The notes under the pieces: generated by a model
Told to the model about the DNA's origin: nothing
Database searches by the model: none
Seen by the model: the letters and a program-made list of their open reading frames with translations, nothing else
Position numbers and translations under genes: made by a program
In this document: piece by piece, positions 1 to 8,100 of the stretch
Position numbering within the stretch: the first letter of the stretch is position 1
How the letters are laid out: the number at the start of each line of letters is the position of its first letter
Source of the DNA: Clostridia bacterium
GTDB lineage: Bacteria > Bacillota > Clostridia > TANB77 > RGIG9151
Direction: 5' to 3'
NCBI GenBank assembly: GCA_017450465.1
Contig: JAFSUW010000004.1
Span: 5,604 to 37,603, forward strand
Length of the DNA stretch: 32,000 nt

Positions 1-18
1 TAAGGAGGAATGGTATTA

Positions 19-369
19 ATGAATTGGTTGGTTTTTATAGTACTAGCAAGTATAATGCTAATTGTTGGTTGTATTATTTTTATTATTCGTTATATACAAA
101 AACAAGAAAAATATTTTGAAGAGAATAAAAAACGAACTATTGTTACCATTGTTGGCTATGACCGTAAAACCCAAATTTCAGCAAATAAATTTATTTGTGA
201 TTTTTTAGTTAAGTTTGATGACAATGATAATGTTTTTCTATGTTTAACAGAAGGACTTATACCAGAAGATTATCCTGTAGGTACTAGAATAAATGTATTG
301 TATGCAAAAAAAGGGCCTTTTTTCCATATAGAGATGGAGGATCATCCGCCTAAAAAACGTAACATATAA
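19..369 (+). CDS. hypothetical small membrane-anchored protein (one N-terminal TM helix plus a beta-rich soluble part; DUF3592-like at best)
   Basis: ORF 10..369. Hydrophobic N-terminus WLVFIVLASIMLIVGCIIFII. GGAGG at 4-8 lies 10 nt before ATG-19 but only 1 nt before ATG-10, so ATG-19 is preferred. Confidence 0.5.
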   Translation: MNWLVFIVLASIMLIVGCIIFIIRYIQKQEKYFEENKKRTIVTIVGYDRKTQISANKFICDFLVKFDDNDNVFLCLTEGLIPEDYPVGTRINVLYAKKGPFFHIEMEDHPPKKRNI

Positions 370-493
370 AATTTTTGAAATACCTGAGAAGAAACTATTA
401 TTTAAAAAAAGGTTATTAAATGTAAATTGAATATGTTTTAAAAGCGATTTTGACACTAGTTTAGATAAAATTTAGGTGGGAATTGCTTCCAGA

Positions 494-520
494 AAGTAGG
501 CATGTGCCTACTTTTATTTT
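494..520 (+). terminator. rho-independent terminator of the upstream small ORF
   Basis: AGTAGGCA (495-502) / TGCCTACT (505-512) inverted repeat followed by TTTTATTTT. Confidence 0.6.
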
Positions 521-521
521 C

Positions 522-549
522 TTGACTTATTGTAAAAAACTAGTATAAT
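522..549 (+). promoter_or_regulatory. sigmaA-type promoter for lysA
   Basis: TTGACT (522-527), 16-nt spacer, TATAAT (544-549), about 24 nt upstream of the lysA ATG. RBS AGGAG at 561-565. Confidence 0.6.
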
Positions 550-572
550 ATGTAAATAAAAGGAGAGTTTCT

Positions 573-1871
573 ATGATTTGTGAAAATATTGAAATAGGTC
601 AAAATGGTCATTTATTATTTGCAGGACAAGATACTGTAGAACTTGCAAAACAGTATGGTACACCATTATATTTACTTGATGAAAACTATATACGTAAAAT
701 GTGTAATATATATAAAGATGCATTTTATAAGTATTTTGGGGATAGGGCATATCCTGTTTATGCAAGTAAAGCCAATGCTTTTCGCCGTATATATGAAATA
801 ATGAAAGAAGAAAATTTGGGAATAGATGTTGTGTCGCAAGGTGAAATTTATACCGCAGTAAAAGCGGGATTTGATATGAAAAATGCTTATTTTAATAGTA
901 ATAATAAAACAGATGAAGATATTTCTTTTGCTATGGATAACAAGGTTGGCTATTTTGTAGTAGATAACATAGAAGAAGTGTATGCTATTGAAGAAGAGGC
1001 AAAAAAGCGTGGTATGAAGCAAAAAATCCTTCTTCGTTTAACTCCAGGTATTGATCCACATACTTATGAAGAAGTAGCGACAGGTAAAGTAGATTCCAAG
1101 TTTGGTACTGCAATTGAAACAGGACAAGCAGAGGAAATAACAAAAATCACATTAGGCAAGGAGCACATTATTTTATCAGGTTTCCATTGCCATGTTGGTT
1201 CGCAGGTGTTTGCAGAAGATGTTTTTGAACGTGCAGCAGTTGTTATGTTAGAGTTTATCGCACTTATAAAAGATAAATATGGATACACCACTGAAATATT
1301 GGATTTAGGCGGTGGATATGGTGTTCGCTATGTAGATACTGATCCGTATTTAAGCATTGATAAAAAAGTAAGTGAAGTGGCAACGGCTATAAAAGACACT
1401 TGTAAAAGATTAAATATAGATGTGCCAGAAATACATATGGAACCAGGGCGTAGTATAGTGGCTGCTAGCGGTATGACACTTTATACAGTTGGAACTGTAA
1501 AGAGAATCACTGGATACAAAAACTACGTTTCCATCGATGGTGGTATGGCAGATAATCCAAGGTATATATTATATGGTTCAAAGTATACATGTTTACTTGC
1601 GAATAAAATGAATGAAAATAGTAACTTTGAATGTTCGTTAGTTGGACGTTGCTGTGAAAGTGGCGATATAATTCAAGAAAACATCAAACTCCCTGAAAGT
1701 GTAGAACGTGGTGATATAGTCGCAGTATGTACTACAGGTGCATATAATTACTCAATGGCATCAAACTACAATCGATTAACACGTCCACCTATTGTTATGC
1801 TAAATAAGGGCAAGAGTTACGTTGCAGTAAAAAGGGAAACATTAGAGGATTTAATACAAAATGATATGTAG
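573..1871 (+). CDS. lysA: diaminopimelate decarboxylase (PLP-dependent, Orn/DAP/Arg decarboxylase family 2)
   Basis: 432 aa. Family motifs: YASKAN (PLP lysine), HCHVGSQ, GGGYGVRY, EPGRSIVA, CESGD. Confidence 0.93.
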   Translation: MICENIEIGQNGHLLFAGQDTVELAKQYGTPLYLLDENYIRKMCNIYKDAFYKYFGDRAYPVYASKANAFRRIYEIMKEENLGIDVVSQGEIYTAVKAGFDMKNAYFNSNNKTDEDISFAMDNKVGYFVVDNIEEVYAIEEEAKKRGMKQKILLRLTPGIDPHTYEEVATGKVDSKFGTAIETGQAEEITKITLGKEHIILSGFHCHVGSQVFAEDVFERAAVVMLEFIALIKDKYGYTTEILDLGGGYGVRYVDTDPYLSIDKKVSEVATAIKDTCKRLNIDVPEIHMEPGRSIVAASGMTLYTVGTVKRITGYKNYVSIDGGMADNPRYILYGSKYTCLLANKMNENSNFECSLVGRCCESGDIIQENIKLPESVERGDIVAVCTTGAYNYSMASNYNRLTRPPIVMLNKGKSYVAVKRETLEDLIQNDM

Positions 1872-1898
1872 GGCGGACTAAAGTTCGCCTTTTATTTT
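1872..1898 (+). terminator. rho-independent terminator after lysA
   Basis: GGCGGAC (1872-1878) pairs with GTTCGCC (1883-1889, one G-T wobble), followed by TTTTATTTT. Confidence 0.65.
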
Positions 1899-1911
1899 AG
1901 GAGGATACAGT

Positions 1912-2736
1912 ATGAAGCTATTGTTAAATGATTTTAATATAAAACAGTTAGCAGAATCAGGTGAATGTTTTAGATGGGACAAAATCACCGAGAATAGTTA
2001 TAGAGGCGTAATATACGGTAAAGTATGTGAGGTTACGCAGAATAAAAATGAGGTAAATTTTGATGGAATAGATGAAAAAACACTTAAAGAATATTTTGAT
2101 TTAAATCGTGATTATAGTGCTATAAAAGCAAAATATAAGGATGATTATGTATTAAATAAGGCATATGATTTTGGCTATGGCATAAGAATAATGAATCAAG
2201 AAAAGTTTGAAACATTAATTTCTTTCATAATATCTGCGAACAATAATATACCACGTATAAAGAAATCTATTGAAAAAATATCTAAAATGTATGGGGAAAA
2301 GATAATGTATAAAGGTAGCGAGTATTATGCTTTCCCAACCCCAAAGGCGTTATCAATGGCTATTTTAGAGGAACTTCGTTCATGTGGCGTTGGTTTTAGG
2401 GATAAATACATATTAGAAGCAGCTAAAAAAGTAGCAAATGGCGAGATAAATTTAAGTGAAATAAGTAAATTACCTACAGAAAAATGTAAAAAAGAGTTAC
2501 TAAAAATAAAAGGTGTAGGTCCCAAAGTTGCCGATTGTGTAATGCTATTTTCGATGGGGAAGATAGATGCATTTCCAATAGACGTTTGGATAAAAAGGAT
2601 AATGGAAAATTTATATATTAAAGAAGAAAAAAGCTTAAAGGAAATTGAAAAGTATGCAAAAGAAAAATTTGGCGATTATGCAGGAATAGCACAGCAGTAT
2701 TTATTTTACTATGTAAGAGAAAATAAAATATTATAA
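1912..2736 (+). CDS. ogg: OGG1-type 8-oxoguanine DNA glycosylase / AP lyase (HhH-GPD superfamily)
   Basis: 274 aa. GECFRW N-terminal motif. HhH-GPD element LLKIKGVGPKVADCVMLF with the catalytic Lys position, and downstream AFPIDVW (Asp). AGGAGG RBS. Confidence 0.82.
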   Translation: MKLLLNDFNIKQLAESGECFRWDKITENSYRGVIYGKVCEVTQNKNEVNFDGIDEKTLKEYFDLNRDYSAIKAKYKDDYVLNKAYDFGYGIRIMNQEKFETLISFIISANNNIPRIKKSIEKISKMYGEKIMYKGSEYYAFPTPKALSMAILEELRSCGVGFRDKYILEAAKKVANGEINLSEISKLPTEKCKKELLKIKGVGPKVADCVMLFSMGKIDAFPIDVWIKRIMENLYIKEEKSLKEIEKYAKEKFGDYAGIAQQYLFYYVRENKIL

Positions 2737-2737
2737 C

Positions 2738-2913
2738 GCCTTCCCCATGAGGGTAGGTTTTGATTTAATGCCTTCCCCTTGAGGGGAAGGTGGTGCGGAG
2801 CACCGGATGAGGTGGAATTAATCATCATTTACTTAGTGGTAGGTTTTGGGGACAGAGCAAATTTAAAGCCTTCCCCTTGAGGGGAAGGTGGTGCGAAGCA
2901 CCGGATGAGGTGG
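2738..2913 (+). repeat. tandem GC-rich palindromic repeats: a degenerate copy at 2738-2763 and 46-nt copies at 2770-2815 and 2868-2913
   Basis: GCCTTCCCCTTGAGGGGAAGGTGGTGCG[G/A]AGCACCGGATGAGGTGG occurs twice (45/46 identical). Each copy contains the hairpin CCTTCCCC-TTGA-GGGGAAGG. The first copy, GCCTTCCCCATGAGGGTAGGTTTTG, looks like an internally deleted unit. GTAGGTTTTG recurs at 2754 and 2839. Confidence 0.9.
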
Positions 2914-2965
2914 AAAACTAATTGCCAAATAATAATTTACTTAAGAGAAAAGGAATAAGCCATAA

Positions 2966-3313
2966 ATGAATAAACGTTATAATAATAAATTAGTAAAAAA
3001 TAGTCAAGAATTACGTATTAATATGACGAAAGAAGAAAGACATCTTTGGTATGATTTTTTAAATAAATTGCCTATAACTTTTAATAGGCAGAAGGTTATA
3101 GGTAATTATATTGTTGATTTTTATTGTGCCAGTAAAAAATTGGTTTTAGAACTGGATGGCTCACAACATTATATGTCAGAGGGTAGAAAAAATGATTTAG
3201 AACGGGATGCATATTTTAATGAATTAGGTATAAAAGTATTAAGATTTTCTAATTTAGATGTAAATAAGAATTTTAACGGAGTATGTAGAGAAATAAATCG
3301 ATATATAACTTGA
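2966..3313 (+). CDS. DUF559 domain protein (Vsr / restriction-endonuclease-like fold)
   Basis: 115 aa. Family pattern: LR.NMT.EE..LW..L, then F.RQ..IG.YIVDFYC, LVLELDG.QH, D..RD..F...GIKVLRF.N..V. Confidence 0.85.
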   Translation: MNKRYNNKLVKNSQELRINMTKEERHLWYDFLNKLPITFNRQKVIGNYIVDFYCASKKLVLELDGSQHYMSEGRKNDLERDAYFNELGIKVLRFSNLDVNKNFNGVCREINRYIT

Positions 3314-3383
3314 CACCTCATCCGTCGCCTTCGGCGCCACCTTCCCCTTGAGGGGAAGGTGGTGCGAAGCACCGGATGAGGTG
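3314..3383. repeat. 70-nt extended palindrome of the same repeat family; probable bidirectional terminator between the DUF559 gene and ypeB
   Basis: CACCTCATCCG...CCACCTTCCCC-TTGA-GGGGAAGGTGG...CGGATGAGGTG. Positions 3340-3383 are 44/44 identical to 2869-2912. Confidence 0.88.
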
Positions 3384-3390
3384 TTAATAC

Positions 3391-4773
3391 TTATATTGTT
3401 AAAATTCCGTTTGGCGTATGCAGAATAATTAAAATATCTTCTTCAGCGCCGGTTTCTGCGTTTATATATACAATAAATTCTCGTTCATCGACTTTACCTT
3501 TAAATTCGTACACTAAAACTTCTGTTTTCACATCAGTAGGAATAATAGCAAGCCCAGAATTTACAAGATTAAGTTTTTCGTTTAGCATTGATTTTGCCAT
3601 ATCAATAGTAATTTTTGGTGCTGGTATATCACGTTCTTTGTGCGAAAACAAGAACCCTGCTGCTTCAAAGCCAACTATTTCGCCATTATCCATTGCAATT
3701 TGTACTTTTATTAAATCGGGGTAAATAGTTACGTCTTTTTCGGTATATGCAAAATTTATAGTAGAAACTCCGCTTTCTTCCATATAATAAGTAGATTTCA
3801 TATTCTTATATCCATGTGTTTTTAAGAAGTTAGAAGCAACATTTATTGCCTCATCAGTAGAAAGTTTATTCGTCTTTATTGCGCGATTGTTCATCATGTA
3901 TATAGGGTGACCACCAACTTTAGATACTGCCATATATAGAGTAGTATCGTTTTTTAATGTAAGAGATATATCAAAAGCAGGTATATTTGATTTTGTTGTT
4001 TCATTAACACTTTCAATATTTTTTATTCTGTCACTACCTATAAATTCTTTAACAATACTTTTGGCTTTTACTTCATCAATTTCACTTCCCGTAATGCCGA
4101 CTGGTTTAATATTAGTTATGTGTTCAGAAAAAGGGCCATCATAAATAAGCCCAGGATAGTCTTGGAATTCCTTTGCAATCTTTGTAAAAGAATTTTCGTT
4201 AGTTTCACTAGATACTTGTTTAAAGGTTTCGGTTCCTTTTTTCGCAATTTCATTCCAGTGAAGGCGTCCAGCGTTTATTTCTTCATTTAATGAAACAATA
4301 TTTTGATGGAGTTTATCGGCGTAATCTGATAAAGATTTAATTTTCTCTAATTGAGATGTAGAGATAGGCATTTTATTAATTGTTTGCATAGTAAGTGTAT
4401 ACGAAAAATCACTCGTCTGCGTTAAAAATTTTGAAGCATTACTAATTACACTTTGTTCTATTGGTAGTTTAGAGAGATTATTTTGCGCAAGATTGGATTC
4501 TCGCCAAATTTCACTCATTGTTTTAGCACCATGGATAGGATCCCGACTTATTTGTGCTTTTGTAAGTAAGTTATTTATATTATCTATATATGAGGAAAGT
4601 TCGTAAAAAGCGTAGTTATAGGTGTTTTCTAGAGCTTGTCTATTATCATTTCGTATTTTTAATATATATAGCCCCATTGTTATAGTGGAAAGTAAGGAAA
4701 CAATTACAATTGTAAACATGTGCCGGTCACGAAGGCGATTTTTAAAGTCTTTTAATTTGGTAATTATATTCAT
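3391..4773 (-). CDS. ypeB: germination protein YpeB (N-terminal TM anchor, C-terminal PepSY-type domains)
   Basis: 460 aa. TM segment FTIVIVSLLSTITMGLYIL. YpeB-like N-terminal region (ALENTYNYAFYEL...KLP). C-terminus VYEFKG...FIVYINAETGAEEDI typical of YpeB/PepSY. AGGAG RBS on the minus strand. Confidence 0.8.
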   Translation of the reverse strand: MNIITKLKDFKNRLRDRHMFTIVIVSLLSTITMGLYILKIRNDNRQALENTYNYAFYELSSYIDNINNLLTKAQISRDPIHGAKTMSEIWRESNLAQNNLSKLPIEQSVISNASKFLTQTSDFSYTLTMQTINKMPISTSQLEKIKSLSDYADKLHQNIVSLNEEINAGRLHWNEIAKKGTETFKQVSSETNENSFTKIAKEFQDYPGLIYDGPFSEHITNIKPVGITGSEIDEVKAKSIVKEFIGSDRIKNIESVNETTKSNIPAFDISLTLKNDTTLYMAVSKVGGHPIYMMNNRAIKTNKLSTDEAINVASNFLKTHGYKNMKSTYYMEESGVSTINFAYTEKDVTIYPDLIKVQIAMDNGEIVGFEAAGFLFSHKERDIPAPKITIDMAKSMLNEKLNLVNSGLAIIPTDVKTEVLVYEFKGKVDEREFIVYINAETGAEEDILIILHTPNGILTI

Positions 4774-4838
4774 ATTGTGGCTCCTTTTTTGTTTGTTAAT
4801 TTTATTATCTGCAAAACTTGGTTAAATATGCAATTTAT

Positions 4839-4867
4839 TTGCGTTCTACATAAAAAAGTGATATAAT
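4839..4867 (+). promoter_or_regulatory. sigmaA-type promoter with extended -10, driving the riboswitch leader
   Basis: TTGCGT (4839-4844), 17-nt spacer, TG-n-TATAAT (TG 4859-4860, TATAAT 4862-4867). Confidence 0.6.
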
Positions 4868-4892
4868 ATAATATAATATAGAAGAATATGTG

Positions 4893-4978
4893 AAAATAGC
4901 AAACTAGGTGAAAGCCTAGGACGCAAAGCTTTAGAGGCTAAGATAACTTACGTTATTATGCCAGTCGAGTTGCCCATA
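4893..4978 (+). promoter_or_regulatory. c-di-GMP-I (GEMM-I) riboswitch aptamer
   Basis: AAAUAGCAAAC-[CUAGGU-GAAA-GCCUAG]-GACGCAAAGC...GGCUAAG...[GAUAAC-UUAC-GUUAUU]-AUGCC-AGUCGAGUUGCC. It shows the conserved GCAAAC and GGACGCAAAGC blocks, a GNRA (GAAA) tetraloop on P1a, a CUAAG/UAUG tetraloop-receptor-like motif in P2, and the 3' ...GUUGCC closing strand. Confidence 0.85.
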
Positions 4979-4992
4979 AATAGAAGCATTTT

Positions 4993-5022
4993 AAATCTCG
5001 ATTGGATAATCGAGATTTTTTG
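4993..5022 (+). terminator. intrinsic terminator (riboswitch expression platform)
   Basis: Perfect 11-bp stem AAATCTCGATT (4993-5003) / AATCGAGATTT (5008-5018), loop GGAT, then a T-run. Confidence 0.8.
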
Positions 5023-5197
5023 GTTTAAAAAATATTTTTAAGAATTCACACATTATCCACAGTTTAAATATTATAAAATGCCTAAAATAAGCACAAACTA
5101 TGTAATATTAAAGAAGAATTAAGAAAACTAAACATACTTTACGAAAATGACAAATGAGAAGGTGTATTATAAGGAAATTAATTTGGGAGGATTTAAC

Positions 5198-8100
5198 ATG
5201 AAGAAAAAATGGGTTGTCTTGTTAATATTTTTACTGGCTTTATTTATAAAGCCCTATTTAGATATGACTTTTAAAGGAGATAGCGAAATCCTTTCTAATT
5301 ATACATATGCATATGATAGAAATAATCCTTGTGCAAATTGTACTAACGGAAATCATACATCATGTGTGGCTAAAACAACATATAGTTGTGGTACGAAAAA
5401 ATGTTGTTGCGGTAAAAAGGTTGTAGAGGGTAACCATACTTATAGTGTTGCCCCTACTAGTGATGGCTATCATGTTTTCTACTGTAATATATGTGGTGGT
5501 GAAACACAAGGTCTTTCTTATGAAGAACACACAGATGGTGTAAATACATTCTATTCAGGAAATTGGAGACCAGGTACAGTTTGTATAATATGTGGTTACC
5601 AATCTTCGGGAGGTACAAGTGGAAGTTCAAGTTCAAGTACGCCAACTCCAACGTCAAATCCACCAACTCCAACACCAGACCCAACACCAACAACGACAAC
5701 GTTAACAGTAAATCCTAATGGTGAAGTATGGAATGATAGCACAAGTTCACAAACTTTTACAGGTACTACGGGAAGCACAAAATCATTAAGTAATCCAACT
5801 GTATCAGTTTCTGCAATATCTGTAAGTTATAATGGTAATGGAGGTTCAGTATCAGGTGGTACAACCACAGCACATAAAACATTTAGCCATTGGATGCATA
5901 GTGGTGGAGGAAGTTTAAGTGGTAGTACTTATACATATGGTTCATCTGATGGTATGGCAATTGCGATTTATAGTAATGGTACAGTAACTCTTGCAAATGC
6001 TTCAAGAGATGGATATACATTTGATGGTTGGTATACAGCGTCTAGCGGTGGAACATATGTTGGTGGAGCAGGAAGTTCATATTCACCAAGTAATTCAATA
6101 ACTTTGTATGCACACTGGACAACTGTTCCTCAAGGAACTGGAACATCAACATTAACAGTAATAACTGGAGCAGTTAGTAATACATATACACAGGCAGTTG
6201 GAACGACAAAAACAATATCGAATAATCTAACAAAACCGGGTTATACAGTAACATTTGATGGTAATGGAGGAACACCAGCAGTAAGTTCTTTGAGTAATTA
6301 TTTGATTGGTAGCTATACATTAACAGGTGGTGGCTCATATAATGGTTCGACATATACATTTGGCACTAATGATGGAACTTTAACTGCATTTTATGGTAGT
6401 AGGAGTTCAATAGTATTACCGGATGCATATAGAAGTGGATATGAACTTGTTGGGTGGTATGAAAGCAATCCGTCCAATGCATCTAACGCTAGACCTGGGC
6501 GAGCAATTTCTCCGTCAGAAAATTATACTCTCCATGCATGTTGGATAGAAAATTCTAATCCAGAATCTACTCCAGGTGGTACAACTCCAACTTCATATAC
6601 TTTAACGGTAAATCCAAATGGTGGAACATGGAGTGGCTCTTCAAGTACGCAAACATTTACAGGGTATACTGGTAACACTAAAACTGGCTTAACAGCACCA
6701 ACAAAGTCTGGCTCATGCACAGTAACACTTAATGTAAATGGAGGTAATAGTATATCTCCAAGTTCTTACACATCATCATATGTAGGAAGCTGGAGCCGAT
6801 CGGGTGGAGGCTCTTTAAGTGGTACAACATATACATATGGTTCATCAGATGGTACATTAACGGGTTATTATGAGTATAATACAGTAACATTGCCAACTCC
6901 AACTAGAAGTAATTATAAATTTGTTGGTTGGTATACAGCAGCAGAAGGTGGTACAAGTGTTAGTAACCCATATCGTCCAACGGGTAATATAACGCTCTAT
7001 GCACGTTGGACTCCAAATAGTGTTTCTACATCTACCTTAACAGTAAATCCAAATGGCGGAACATGGAATGGAAGTACGGCGTCTAATACATATACGCAGC
7101 AAGTAAACTCTACGATGACAATTGCAAATCCAACTATTAGTAATTATGTAGTAACGTTTAATGAAAATGGTGGACGAATTATAGGAGATAATGTAGGAGA
7201 AGTAAATAGAAGATTCCTTAATTGGACAAATACAGGCTATAAAGGGTTAAATGGTACAACGTATACATTTGGTTCAACTAATGGAACAATAACTGCAAAT
7301 TATAGTGATGGAACAATAACTTTGCCAGAAGCAACAAGATCAGGATATATACTTACTGGTTGGTACACAGCATCTAGTGGTGGAACGAAGTTTGGTAATG
7401 CTGGTGTAAGCTATCCAGTTACAAGTAATCTTACTTTATATGCACAATGGACAGCAGGTACATCAAGCTTAGTAGTAAATCCAAATGGAGGTACATGGAG
7501 AGGTTCAAAAGAAGCACAAACTATATATGGAACTTATGATACGTCTGTAACAATAGAAGATCCTGTACCGCCTAATGGTTATGGAGTAACATTTGATGCA
7601 ATGGGTGGAAGTTGTGTAGATAGTTATAAAGTTCAGAATGTTACATTTAAAACCTGGCAAAAAAATGGTTCTGGTTTTATGGGATCAGGATATTATATAT
7701 ATGGTTCATCATCTGGTTCTATTACAGCGGTATATAATAGATATGCAGTTATATTGCCAGATGCAAGTTATGCAGGAAAGAAACTTGTTGGTTGGTACAC
7801 AACTCCTACTTATGAAAATAAAGTAGGTGATGCTGGAGAAGCTTATGTACCAACTAGCACTACAACACTTTATGCAAAATGGAGTGATAATTTATTAATT
7901 GCTAATGTAGATGGCCCAAACCCTAATATAATAGGTAAAAATGGTGTAATAACTTATCAAATTACATTAACAGATCCAACAGCTACAATTGATAAATCAA
8001 AAATTTATGTAACACCATTTGATTCATCAGTAAGCATAACAGAATATACATATGGTTATGGATATTCAACAACTCCGAGTGGAGTACAAGTTGTTGTAAA

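Noticed and set aside
370-572. Looked for a lysine riboswitch (L-box) upstream of lysA
   Set aside because: The promoter-to-ATG distance is only about 24 nt, and no L-box-like conserved helices are visible. The region holds just a terminator and a promoter.
2770-2913. Possible mini-CRISPR array (46-nt repeats separated by 52 nt)
   Set aside because: Only two full copies are present. The 'spacer' itself shares sequence (GTAGGTTTTG) with the preceding unit, the repeat recurs downstream of the DUF559 gene as a long palindrome, and there are no cas genes in the window.
3169-3372. 67-aa minus-strand ORF with an RRRRR stretch
   Set aside because: It reads through the GC-rich palindromic repeat and the 3' end of the DUF559 gene, so it is an artefact of the repeat.
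4861-4882. (TATAA)x4 pentanucleotide tract overlapping the -10 region as a possible phase-variation microsatellite
   Set aside because: The tract is short. The first TATAAT keeps its spacing to the -35 box regardless of copy number, and such tracts arise by chance in AT-rich DNA.
5045-5074. Possible internal promoter TTCACA-18-TATTAT downstream of the riboswitch terminator
   Set aside because: Weak hexamers in very AT-rich sequence; indistinguishable from background without TSS data. It is mentioned only as a possibility under the leader finding.
5147-5197. 17-codon N-terminal extension (MTNEKVYYKEINLGGFN) of the first giant ORF
   Set aside because: There is no RBS before ATG-5147, whereas GGGAGG sits 7 nt before ATG-5198. 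The paralogous second protein starts directly with the MKK... signal sequence.
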